Assembly: GCA_012295275.1 (NCBI GenBank)
Contig: CM022669.1
Location: forward strand, 14,260,001 to 14,324,000
Reading direction: 5' to 3'
DNA length: 64,000 bases
DNA from: Chrysomallon squamiferum
Taxonomy: Eukaryota > Animalia > Mollusca
The notes under the pieces were generated by a model. It was given only the letters and a program-made list of their open reading frames with translations, was not told the DNA's origin and made no database searches. Made by a program: the position numbers and the translations under genes. Shown in pieces: positions 46,381-64,000 of this stretch. Each line of letters opens with the position of its first letter. Within the stretch, counting starts at the first letter, position 1.

Positions 46381-47831
46381 CGAAATGATGATGTTATTTA
46401 ATAAAACAAAGCAAACTATTAGGTGTCGAAAACTGATAAAAAATATTCTGAATAAATAAACGCAATTATGTCCCTTTTAATACTAAAAACATGTTCAGAA
46501 AAAATATACACTGTTATTATATTTTGCAAATATAAATATTAATGATTAATCTTGAGATGCAGACAGACACCGTTTACATTTAAACTTGTTCATATAATAG
46601 GATAAATATGTGTGTCTGTGTTTGGTGTGTGTGTGTGTGTGTGTCTATTTATCTATTTATTTATTAATCTATATTATTTATTTATTATTACATAATACAC
46701 TGGCGCAAATACTGCATTAACAGTTAAAACTGAAGTGTCTGTTATTAATATTTATACTTTTTCCATGGCAGTTTTTATTTAAAAATATATATATAATGCA
46801 TTTCATCATGTATAAAAAGGAATAAAAGAGAATAAAAATGTAACACTATTTTCATGAAACTGTAAAATAAATTATAATAAAATATTTTGTAAAATAAAAA
46901 GAAGAAATGCTTAAACATTTCATTTAACCATTTAATTTAATAGAAACGCAGAAAAATATATTGTAAATAATAATAAATTCAGCACTAGTCTTGTACTAGT
47001 TTAAAATTTTAAGTATTTGTATTTATAATATGGCAAATGTGACGTGGCCAAAATATAAGTGATATTTAGTTTCGGTTTCATATCCTCGTATCAAAAATAA
47101 ACAGTATTACAATAAAAAGGCTAACAATATAAAAAAGGTTATATCTATATAAAAAACTAATAATCATATGATTATGTGTTAAACTTTAAAATATCAGGTA
47201 TGAGTTATGTTTCTTTCTCCTTTTTTTCTTCTTCTTTTATTTTATTATTATTATTTTTTTTATTATTATTATTTTTTATTTATTTATTTATTTTTTTATT
47301 TAGTTTTATTATTATTATTATTATTATCATTATTATTATTGTTATTATTATTTTATTTATCTATCTATTTATTTTATTTTTATTTATTATTATTTTTTTT
47401 TTATTTACCTCAGATAAAAACAGAGGGAAAAGTTTTTAATTTAAATTATTTTATTAGTTGTGACACGTGTTAAACGATTTTGTATTTCTTGGGGAGAAAA
47501 TGGACAGAAAATTGGAACCAAATTTTATATTTTAATTTTAATTCATCTTCAGTAAATCTGTGATATCTATTTATCTTTATTTATTTATTAAAAAAAAAAA
47601 AAAAAAAAAAAAATTAAATTATAGAAATTTACTTCAGTAATATGATCAAGTGAAGAAAGAAAACATATAATAAAATAAATAAAAAGCTAATACATTAAAA
47701 ATATATACATCATCCGTCTAATGAGTTTTAATTCATACACAAATATTCACGCAAGCGCGCGAGCTTTTCACACACACACACGCACTTAGATACACACTTA
47801 CGTTCGCTTAGACACGTAACAAAATGGCAAA

Positions 47832-47887
<56 letters not shown>

Positions 47888-48747
47888 AAATATATTTTTA
47901 TAACTGAAGTATGTTATCTTTATAGTTATGTTATCTTTAAAGCTAAGAATTAAATCTGAATATCACTTAATTTTTAAACCCAGAACATGTATAACTCAAA
48001 CACTTTATTTCGTATTCTTTGCTCATTTCTGCAGTCTCGTTTTCGGATTAATCGCAAAAGGTACATCTCGACAACTGTAACAATAATACAAAGCGTGCAG
48101 CTGACCTGACAACAATGGAACACAAAACGCCTAGTTCTTTTCATGTTTTTTTTTTGTCACGGCAACATTGAAGCGTAGATAATAAAGTATGACATCAATG
48201 CTGAATTAAGACTCCGGTAGTAATTACTCAATCTTCGGACGTAACTTCTGCAAAAGTTTCCTTGAAAAAGTTTACACGATCGTCTGCTAACAGTTCGATT
48301 ATCTCCCTTAGTGCCTTCGGGCGTTTTATGCACTGACCGTACTTTCGTTCAGGTAGTTTGATTTAATCCTAACCCGAGGCGCATTCTTCTTACTTCACCG
48401 ACCTTTTCAAATGTGATTTGCTGAAACATGTTGTTCATATACAAAAAAAAAAAAAAAAAAAGTTGTTTTAAACATGGCTGCTTGCCGTTTATCATTTTCT
48501 TTATTCATCCATGACGAACGTAATTTGTGATTTAAATTTGTATTTTCTGTTGTTCGTTTTCTTCTTTACTTTGATAATAATCATCTGTCTGTTCTTTTCC
48601 TTCTTTTTTCTTTTTATTATCGTTATAATAATAATTACAACCATAACGATAACAAAAACGAAAACACCTATAACAATAAAATAAATAAAAACAACAAAAA
48701 GAATAATATTAACTACACCAACACACCAACACACCACCACCACCACT

Positions 48748-48783
<36 letters not shown>

Positions 48784-49699
48784 AATAATAATAATAATGA
48801 ATATGATGAAAATATTAATAATAATAATGGTTATTACGATAATGATGATGATGATAATGGTGATGATGACGATAATAATGGTGATGATGATGATAGTAAT
48901 AATAGTGATGACGATGATAACAATAATAATCATGCGTCATAATGATAATAATCAATGATTTTCTTATTTATTCAGTCTGTGTTTTTAATTTGTACTTGGC
49001 GTAAATGTGACTTCACGTGTCCTTCGATAATAAACAGTTATTCTCAACTGCTGACTGGTGCCTGGTCATTTTCCAGCATTCCGTGTTGCTGTAACGACGT
49101 AAAATAGTTTAATATGATTTATTTGACATGCCTGCACCATGAATAAGGAAGTCACGTGGACAGCAAAATACTATTGTTATGAAACTCCTACTCTTGAAAT
49201 CTGCTTGCCTGAGTGCGAAAACGAGGTGGTGAGCAAGCTCTGACTGGTTATAACTGGTATAATCTGGAACGTTTTTTTTTTTTTTCCTTTTATAGGAAAT
49301 TATTTTTGTAGAAAAGATAAAACAGGATTTTGTCTACTGAATATAAACAATTTACAGATCTGCTTAATCAAAGTGAGAATTAGAAAACAGAAAGAAGGAA
49401 CTGCGTGTTTATATTTTTGAACTTATTTAAGATTAACATTTCATTACACTTTGCCTAACTTGGGTTTTAGGTAAACATTAAAAATGTGATATGGATTTTA
49501 ATATGTATGATATAGTATGGAATAGTATACTATAGTATTGGATAATGGATAGATATGTATGTAGTATGTATGTATGTCTTTTTATCCGTGTGTTTGTCTA
49601 TATATCTTTGTATCTGCTAGTACTTCTGTATGTCCGTCGGTCAGTATGTATGTATATATGTTGGAATTATCATCATTATTATTTTTATCATTATTATTA

Positions 49700-49769
<70 letters not shown>

Positions 49770-50453
49770 CATCATCATCATTATTATTATTATTATTATC
49801 TTCATTATTATTGTAACTGTTTCATTTCATTGATTATTAACAATATACTAGGTAATTTATATTCGGACTGTGCTGATACATATTAATACTGATCACCGAT
49901 ATGTTCATAATAAAAACATAAATTACCAATATTCCAGATATCATACAAAAAAAAAAAAAATACAATATTCCGGATATCTATACCCCACTAATGAGTAACC
50001 TGAATATTATAATGTTATAATCAAACACACAAAAAAGTGTATATAATTTGTAACAGGTGGCTTTAAAGACATTCGGTCAAGTTTTGTTTGATCCTTATAC
50101 CGTCAGTCATTCATACACACATTACATCTTCTACAGCAGAGTGTTGATAAGTGACCGGTTCTGAAATTTTGTTAAATATTTTTTGTTTTTTTTTTCAATT
50201 TAAAATTAACAAAACTGTATTTAAAAAAAGATAGACTCTGGGAAAGTTTGGATCAAAGTCTAAACTACACACTCATTCTCATAAATGGATTGTTATATTC
50301 CAGTTTCATAACTGCACACTGAATTTTGGATTATTCTAAAATTTTCAGAAAAGGATATGAAAGGAGTTCAATTCTCGATGATGTAAAGGAATTATCATCA
50401 AAGTTAAAACAATAATGAAACTAAAATTTTTGGATTATTTTGTTTTCAGAAAA

Positions 50454-50504
<51 letters not shown>

Positions 50505-50628
50505 ACATTTTTTAACTAATTTTATTTTTAATTTTTTAATTTTAACTAATTTTTAAACTAAAATTGCATTAAGGAAAATAAAAAATTTGTATTGTTATAT
50601 GAAAACTAAATGTTTTATTTTATTTCAG

Positions 50629-51510
50629 GAAAAGATGTGGAACATGTCTGCAATTCTCCCTCTGATACAGACGTCTACCAAAATGCAACTGTAGAGTTAG
50701 AATCGTGCAAAATCAAAATATTTATCAACACCTCCAACACAACGGAAATCAAGGAGCGGATATAATTACACAGATGACAGATACAAGTCATTTGTTTCCG
50801 AGGTATTCCCTGACTACTTGTTACACACACCTAAAAAATGAGTAAATGTATACCATTCTGCTAGATGGCATAAACAAAAACAACAACAAAAAGAATTAGC
50901 AATCATACATTCAATCCTGCTGCCGCCATTTCATAAGATATTCACCTGAAGTACTGGTAATTTTGTTCTTAAAAAATCGCCTTTTATGCAGAAAAGATAA
51001 AAAATTATGAATTGCTGGATTATAAATTTGAATATGGTATTGGAATACATTTAAAATTTGTAGAAATTTTAATGTTATTCAACAGTACATTGTGGGCATT
51101 AAATCGTAACATTTGTTTCTTTTCTTCTTTTCCTAGTGGGACCTCGTGTGTGAAAACGAGGCTCTGGGCAAACTCACTCAGACTTTGGTGATGGCTGGAA
51201 TGTGTTTTGGCTCCTGCTTCCTGTCTTCTTTCGGAGACCGTTTTGGTAGAAAACGACAACACGTTGTAATGAATTTTCTGTTGTGTGTTATCACTATAAG
51301 TATGGCGTTTATTCCAACGTTTACTGGTTTTAGCAGGTATGTGCGTATCTTGTGTAATTTAACTAACTGATATAAATACACATACATACATACATGCATA
51401 CATACATACATACTTATACATATACACATATACACACATACATATATATATATATATATTAAATATACTGCTACGACTAATACTACTCCTACTGTTATTA
51501 CAAATACAAC

Positions 51511-51541
<31 letters not shown>

Positions 51542-52931
51542 ATTATTATTACTATAGGCGTGCTTATAAGAATCATTTTAAGACATTCATGTTTTTAGGT
51601 AAAGAATTGAATTTCACCGAAAAATGCACCTCGTCCGTATTAACTCGTTAACCTTTAACAATTGTAATTTGTCGCACTTGTCTTCTGAAAATTGCTTAAA
51701 ACAAATACGTGACTAATTTTCTGATGACGATGATGATGATGATTACATTTAGTGCTAAGAAAACCCAGGTACCTATCCACGGAAAATCTACGAGGATTTC
51801 TCCAGATAAATTTTTATTATCTTGAATTCTTGCTGGAGACTCCTATTTAAACCTTTTTTAACAGGGTTACATACTGCCACAGTCCGTAATGGTCGTAGAG
51901 CTGTTTCCGGCAGATCAACGCGAAGTCCTAGCTTTCTCGTTGTCTCTGCTGTGGGCTGTGTCGTTGTCGCTGATGACGCTCGTCGCCTACTTACTGCGTC
52001 TTCACAGCATTGTCGAATTCTTGTAAGTCACAGGCAGTTTTTTTACAAAGCTTTTCAAAAATAAATAAAATTAATAAAATATAATTAATTTAGTTTTTTT
52101 TTTATCCTTAGCTTTAATGAGCTACTGAAAGTTGTATATAGTTTGTTTGATGTTTTTTTTACAAATGCATGTGCTGATGTAATTATAAGGCATATTACTA
52201 CCATCATTTCCAAGTGTTTTAAAGTAAGTTTGCTTAAGTAACCTTCACATCAGCAAAAAGCAGTTCTATAAAAAGTATTGTTTATGAAACAAATATGCTA
52301 TTCAGGTTATTATCATTATCGTTTTCATGATTATTGTTACTACTACTACTACTACTACTACTACTATTACTACTACTACTACTACTACTACTATTATTAT
52401 TATTATTATTATCTTCATTGCGGTTGTCGTCTTTGTTAAAGCATTATTTGTTAAATATATATATTATTATCATTTGATTTCGTTTTTACAGTGTTTTAGA
52501 CGAATCTTTGCGATGGTTGGTGGCCAAAAAGAAAACGAAAGAAACCATCAACATAATTAAGAAAGCTTGCCAGATGAACCACAAAGATTTTAACAGGACG
52601 CTACAAGCCATTCTGCAGAAATCTAAAGTCGTCCAGACTCTGAATCGTCCTGAACACAAAGGAAGAATCGAAGCGATCAGTGCCGATGACGTCATTCAAG
52701 AGAATCCTGAAAATTCCAATAATCACGTGGATGTCTCGTGTTTAGAACTTTTCAAACACGCGACGTTACGGCCCATTTCTTTAACAATTGCGTATACATG
52801 GTACGTAATTTGCGTGATGATATATATATATATATATATATATTTATAAAGAGAGATACCTAGAGAGAGAGAAAATCTAGAGAGAGAGAGATTTCTCCAG
52901 ATAAAGAGAGAGATTATCTTGAAGAGAGAGC

Positions 52932-52998
<67 letters not shown>

Positions 52999-53418
52999 CA
53001 CACAGTCTTGCTGATACTCGTGAACAAAAATGAGTGGATTTTACTTAAGATTTTACATAATCTACGTACAGGTTCGTCAACGCTTTGACTTACTACGGAC
53101 TCATGTTGATGACGACTAGTCTGGCTGGAGATTCCTATTTAAACTTTTTTATTGGAGCTGTATTAGAAGGACTGTCCGCCTTCGTGATGTGGTACCTTAT
53201 TGAAAAGTAATAGTTTAAAATACACAGCGTTATACTGGTTAATACATAATTCTTTGTATTCTTCGATCTACTACAACCAATAGCTACGCCAGAGGGCGCC
53301 TCTGCTCTCAGTCTTTCGGCAGCTTTACCGGAAGTACAGTTACTTAACTATTCGCCTCCACCATGTCTCTTCCCATTTTTAATTTGACGAGTGGAGTTCA
53401 TTGATAGGGCTGTAAAAT

Positions 53419-53480
<62 letters not shown>

Positions 53481-54740
53481 AACGAGGACTATTGTACGTG
53501 TATTTTGATTAATTTGAAGCTTAAGGAAAGCATTAGAGATATGGGCTACTCACAAATGTGCAATTAAACAGTTAGTTACGATTTTTAATGATTTGTTTAT
53601 AATAACAAATATGTCGACGTATTTTTAAATAAAAATATAAATAAAATAAAACACAAACAAACAAATAAATAAATAAATAATTACAAACAAATTATTAAAT
53701 ACATTTATTTTTTTACTTCAACATTCTGTTTACTTAAACATTTTTTGCAATTAAAAAAAAAATTCATAATAATAATAATAATAATAATAATAATATTCTG
53801 TTTCAGAACTGGTCGTAAGAAAACCTGCATTTTTTTCCACACGTGCGCGGGTTTGATACTTCTTGTAAGCGTGTTGGTATCAGCATTTGCAGGTTTGTTC
53901 TTGGTGAAATTGTTTAGATTCAAACCATAATTTATTTCAAAACTTTTATTTATTGCAGTTTTATTTAACACTGATTTTTTGCTACTGTAATGCTTTATAT
54001 TGGCTAACTTCATAACTATGATTTCTATTAATTATTTTGTTTTTGTTTTCTATTTCTCTGTCTCTGTGCCGTTCTCTCTGTATGTCTGTCTATCTGTCTC
54101 TCTATTTATTTATGTGTCTGCTATTATAATGTATATTTGTTTGTCTAGACAGAGAGACCGTTAGATATATAAAATATACCTCCCTGTCTATCTATATTTC
54201 GTCTACATTTGTAATTCCCCGGTGATTGTAATGTCACCAGTAAGCTGTTGCCACCATTTTTATTTTGGATTCTTAAAGTAACAAATGTGTTTTTAATGTT
54301 TTCAGAAGAAAGCTCAACCTCTGGAATTGTTCAAACAGTTTTCTCCTTGGCTGGCCGATTCTTTATTGCAGGATCCTTCAATACAATCTGGATGTACACT
54401 CCAGAACTGTTTCCAACTAACATCAGGTAATGGAAAAATCTATGTTAGAGAAATAATAAAGTAAATTATGCATGCATTTTAAACTAGTGTTGACAAGCTG
54501 AGAAAAATAAGGTTTATTAGTAGTGCGGCCCGCTTGAAACCTATAATATATGAAATGATTAACTGTTCTGTTTTAATCTAAAAAAAATATCTTAATATTA
54601 TGAATGAATATATTTTATTAGTTTCTTATTATTTGTATCGAAGTTATACAGTATAGAAAGACAATCATTGTCACTGTAATATTAATTATTTTTTACTGAC
54701 CAAGATATTTTTTACAGATAAAATAATTAATTAATTTATT

Positions 54741-54791
<51 letters not shown>

Positions 54792-55821
54792 GCTATTGTT
54801 TTTACTATTATTATTATTATTTTTTTTATGAATTTATATTATATGATTCACACCCACACATGCACGCATATAGAATGTATTTGTTGTGAAAATTAATTCT
54901 CTTGTCGAAATAATAATAACGATGACGATAATGATGATTATAATGATATTGATAATAATGATGATTATGGTGATATTGATAACTGTTGATGATGATGATG
55001 ATGATGGTAGTAATACTGATGGTGATGATAATAATAATAATGATGATTATAATGATATTGATGATGATGACGCTTTCGCGTAAGTCAATTACTAATTAAA
55101 TACTAACTGTTTTTCAGGAATACTGGATTTGGACTGGCGTTACGTATGTCTGAAACAGCAAGCATAATCGCTCCCTTCATGTACTCACTGGTAGCTTTCT
55201 GTTTTCTAAATTTAATCAAAATGTAGTCTGTATGTATTTATGTCTTCGGATGTATGTAAACGAGCATGAATGTAAGCATGTGTGAATGTATTATTATGTC
55301 TATGTCTGTGTGTATGTGTGAATGTATATATGTGTATGTGTGTATGTTCAAATGTATTTGTGTCTATGTGTACATCACTGTATATGCAGCATACATTTAT
55401 ATATATATATATGTATATGTATATGTATATGTATATTGTCCTAAATACTATATTTACCATTCCCCATATTTTTTATAATTTTTAAATAATTAATTTTTAT
55501 TATTATTATTTTTTTTTTATGTCAATATAGATTTAACTTTTAACGATTCAGTTTTAAAATGAGATTTTGACGTTATTTCGATCATTATATTTTTCATTTT
55601 CTTTCAAGGCACGAGTGGCAATTTGGGCACCTGGTACTATATTTACTGTGGCTTGTTTCTTGGTTTCGTTTCTTATGACTTTTCTGCCAGAAACTTCTGG
55701 ACGTGAACTTCCACAAACTGTAGACGAACTTGAGAGCTGGCAGCGTTGTGAGAAACGAAAGAAGTCTGATTCAGAGACCGACTCGTATTCCGAGACATTT
55801 ACAGAAATCACACACATGTAA
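50629..55821 (+). pseudogene. SLC22 family organic cation/anion transporter (Orct-like), copy A; disrupted 5' half
   Basis: Exons 50629-50802, 51137-51336, 51865-52022, 52492-52800, 53072-53206, 53807-53892, 54306-54426, 55118-55190, 55609-55821. Motifs WDLVC, DRFGRK, ELFP, ESLRWL, ELFPTNIR, LPETSG. Lesions: frameshift near 50757, 31-nt deletion versus copy B at the end of the WDLVC exon, and in-frame 45-nt deletion removing WRSMQL. No intact TM1 exon found. Confidence 0.78.
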
Positions 55822-55887
55822 TTTGAATTAAACTGAAAACAATCGAACTGGTACGAAAATATCGGAACACTGTCATTTATTCGACGG

Positions 55888-55939
<52 letters not shown>

Positions 55940-56876
55940 CACACACACATCATTTATTTATTTATTTGATTTAATTTTCAGTTCTCTTTGCATATTTCTA
56001 GGTTTTTCTAAATGCTGAATAAAATAAACACTTAAGAAAATAGACAATTTGTTTAGCTAAAGAGACAAAATAAATTATGAAACGAAAGTATGCGCGTATA
56101 TATGCATGAAATGGATTTAGTAGTTAATATGCAGAAGGATATAAAGTAAAATCATTATATAACAATTATAGTTTTATAATAATAATAAAATTTTAAATCT
56201 TGCTAATTATTCAGGTAACTGTGTTAGTGATTCCGTGAAGTGTGTGTGCGTGTGTGTGTGTGTGTGTGTGCTACATCTAATAATAAATAATAATAACGAT
56301 TACTACTATAATAATAACGATTGTACAAACAACTACTATAATGTAAATAACAATAACACCATCACCACCACCAACGACAACAACTGCAACAACAGCAACA
56401 ACAATAACAACAACAACACCAACAACAACAATAATAATATTTTAATAAAAGTTTAGAGGAAAGTTCCCAGTGATTCACATAGATTATTAGTGCAAAAAGT
56501 TGAATAATACGAAATAGAAAATAGCTTGAAAATTTTCTGTTTATTATTTTTTTTTTTTACAATATGATTTTTTTTTTTTTTTATGCTTCACCAACTTATC
56601 AGTAATTTAAATATTTCTTATATTGTTATTGTTATTTTTCTTTTTGTTTTCTTCATTTCGTTTTATTTTTATTATGATGTATATATGTGAAATGCACATT
56701 TGATTAAATATGATTATTTATGTTTTTATTCTCTTCGATATTAGTAGCGTATAAATTATTAATGCTAGTATATACAGTTTCAGCATGAATTATCTAGCGT
56801 AACACATGAATGGACATTTAAACAGCAAACAAAGCGGAACTAATATTATTTAAACATTCATACATACATGCACATA

Positions 56877-56943
<67 letters not shown>

Positions 56944-56967
56944 GAATATAAATTATTTACAGACACA

Positions 56968-57665
56968 TACTGTTTCAAAAAAGAAACACTCAGGGGATAG
57001 AGAAAAAAGAAAATTGTTTGACTGTACAAAATATCGTTTTTATTTTTACAATGTTGCTGAATTAACATGTTTGTTACTCTTCTTGGAATAGGACAGCATG
57101 CCCAAATGTCCCCTAAAACAAAATTACCGCATGAAACGGCGTGAAAAGGTCAGATTTTGACGAACGTCCATCAATGAACCATTTCACGTACCAGGGACAG
57201 TTACCAGCAGTTACAGTCGGGTAAGACCGCCCCAGATACGGAAGAATTCGCATAACAACTGCAAGCACGAAGAACGCCACATCCGGGTTCTGCACTTGCG
57301 TCATCGAACGGCCACATCACGGAAGGTTGCGGGACGCACGCCTCGTTTGAGAAATTGGTTTATGTTCTAGGACAACCTCTTCCTGCGACGTCAACAACAA
57401 CAGTTTACGTGTTCTCTGGTGCACGGTTGGAACCTGGCAATCAATTAGGCGGATAGAGTTTGGTTCAGCGACGAGTCACCTTTCCTTCTACAGCGCCGTG
57501 AAGAACGACAGTATGTTTACAGACGCAGCAGTGAACGTTTTTGCCAACAACTACGTCACCCACGTTAACAGATTCGGTGGAGGGAGTGTCATGATGTAGA
57601 GAGCCATCCAGAAGTAAAGTTATGTACCCTACCGCGATGAAATTTTATCCCAACATGTTCTTCTA
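56968..57665 (+). mobile_element. Degenerate Tc1-family DNA transposon fragment
   Basis: Broken-frame translation gives DRPRYGRIRITT, RHIRVLHLRHR, VWFSDES and RFGGGSVMM, which are Tc1 transposase signatures. Many stops and frameshifts; boundaries approximate. Confidence 0.85.
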
Positions 57666-58258
57666 CTCTGTAATGCAGCTGTTCTTGTTTCTCTTATTTA
57701 TTGTAATTGTTATTGATATTATTTCTGTAGACGTTTTGGGATGAATATAATCTTTCATTAAGACGAAGCAGCGGTTATTATCTGCTAACATATGCATTTT
57801 AGGATATAACTAGGCTAATAGATATTTGTTATATCCATCGAAGCTTTGCCGAGAAGGTGTATATGACTATGTCACTGAAATATGTTCACAGCGTTTATTA
57901 AAGAATTTGGAAATGGTATTACATGACTAAATCTGTACTTTTGCTAACACGGTGTAAACATTTGAGACATTAAATTTTCTTCTGTCTAAATTTGTTTTTC
58001 TTCATTGTTCTGTAAAAGTTTAGATAAAGTATTCGCGACATTCGAATAGCAGAACTGACAACAAGCTCAGTGTATCTGCTTTAACTATAAAAATATTTCT
58101 TTAGTAGATTTAGTGACAGTAATGGGTAAATAAATTTGTACATTTATTTGTAAATAAATTTGTTCAAATGTTCTAAAATGAAGGCAAAAGAGTTTAGAAG
58201 AATCTGTGTGTTTCTGTGTGCTTACATATACATAAATGCAAATACACACATACATAGC

Positions 58259-58318
<60 letters not shown>

Positions 58319-58694
58319 ATACATACTCTTTCCTCTGATACATAGTTACAATCTCTCCGCATATCAAAAACAAAGACTATTGTGTTTACTTTTATGTTAT
58401 TTTATTTTTTTATTTCTAGTTTACTTTTTTTTTCTTTATATGCTAATAACTTCACTACTTGATGTTCATACTATCTTCTTAACCCTTAACCGAAATGTAG
58501 AAATGAAAAACGTAATTCGGTACAAAGCAATTCAGTGTCCATAGAAATTTGTGCGTGTTCATGTACTTGTCATTTATGTGTGTGTGTGTGCAGTTTTTGG
58601 CGTGTGTGCCTGTGTGTATGCTTCTCCTCTGAGTCCTTCTTCACGTGAGTATATGTGTGTTTGTATGTCTCTCTGTTTGGGTGTGTGTGACGTC

Positions 58695-63849
<5,155 letters not shown>

Positions 63850-64000
63850 CTGGGAAAAAGAATTTGATATACACAGTTGTGTTCAAACGGAGAAAAATTT
63901 CATTGGAAATACTATGTAAATTCTATTTGGAACAATTCACAATTACAGTTTTTGATTTCTTTATATTTCATATTTAATATTCAGGGGCAGATGTATTGAC

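Overview
AT-rich, microsatellite-laden animal genomic DNA; the gene content and repeats suggest a lophotrochozoan, probably a mollusc (inference). Four spliced genes were reconstructed by hand from GT-AG boundaries and frame continuity. (1) The 5' 23 coding exons of DmX-like/Rabconnectin-3 alpha (DMXL1/2 co-ortholog) on the minus strand, ATG at 34648, running off the left edge. (2) A complete 4-exon multi-domain Bcl-2-family (BAX-like) gene on the minus strand, 41134-45671. (3, 4) A tail-to-tail inverted pair of SLC22 transporters: a plus-strand copy with frameshifting deletions (probable pseudogene) and a minus-strand copy intact in all visible exons, whose 5' end lies outside the window. Tc1 and Tigger/pogo DNA-transposon relics are present. 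Most ORF-track entries are microsatellite translations or antisense shadows. The most notable observations are: a frameshift in DMXL exon 14 that a 62-nt GT-AG segment would repair exactly; a minisatellite made of amplified exon-end/5' splice-site copies; a near-consensus p53 element in the BAX-like intron 1; a network of local templated copies around the BAX-like gene; and patchy gene conversion plus an Arg/Glu swap at the SLC22 TM11 selectivity residue. I found no convincing wholly new multi-gene system.
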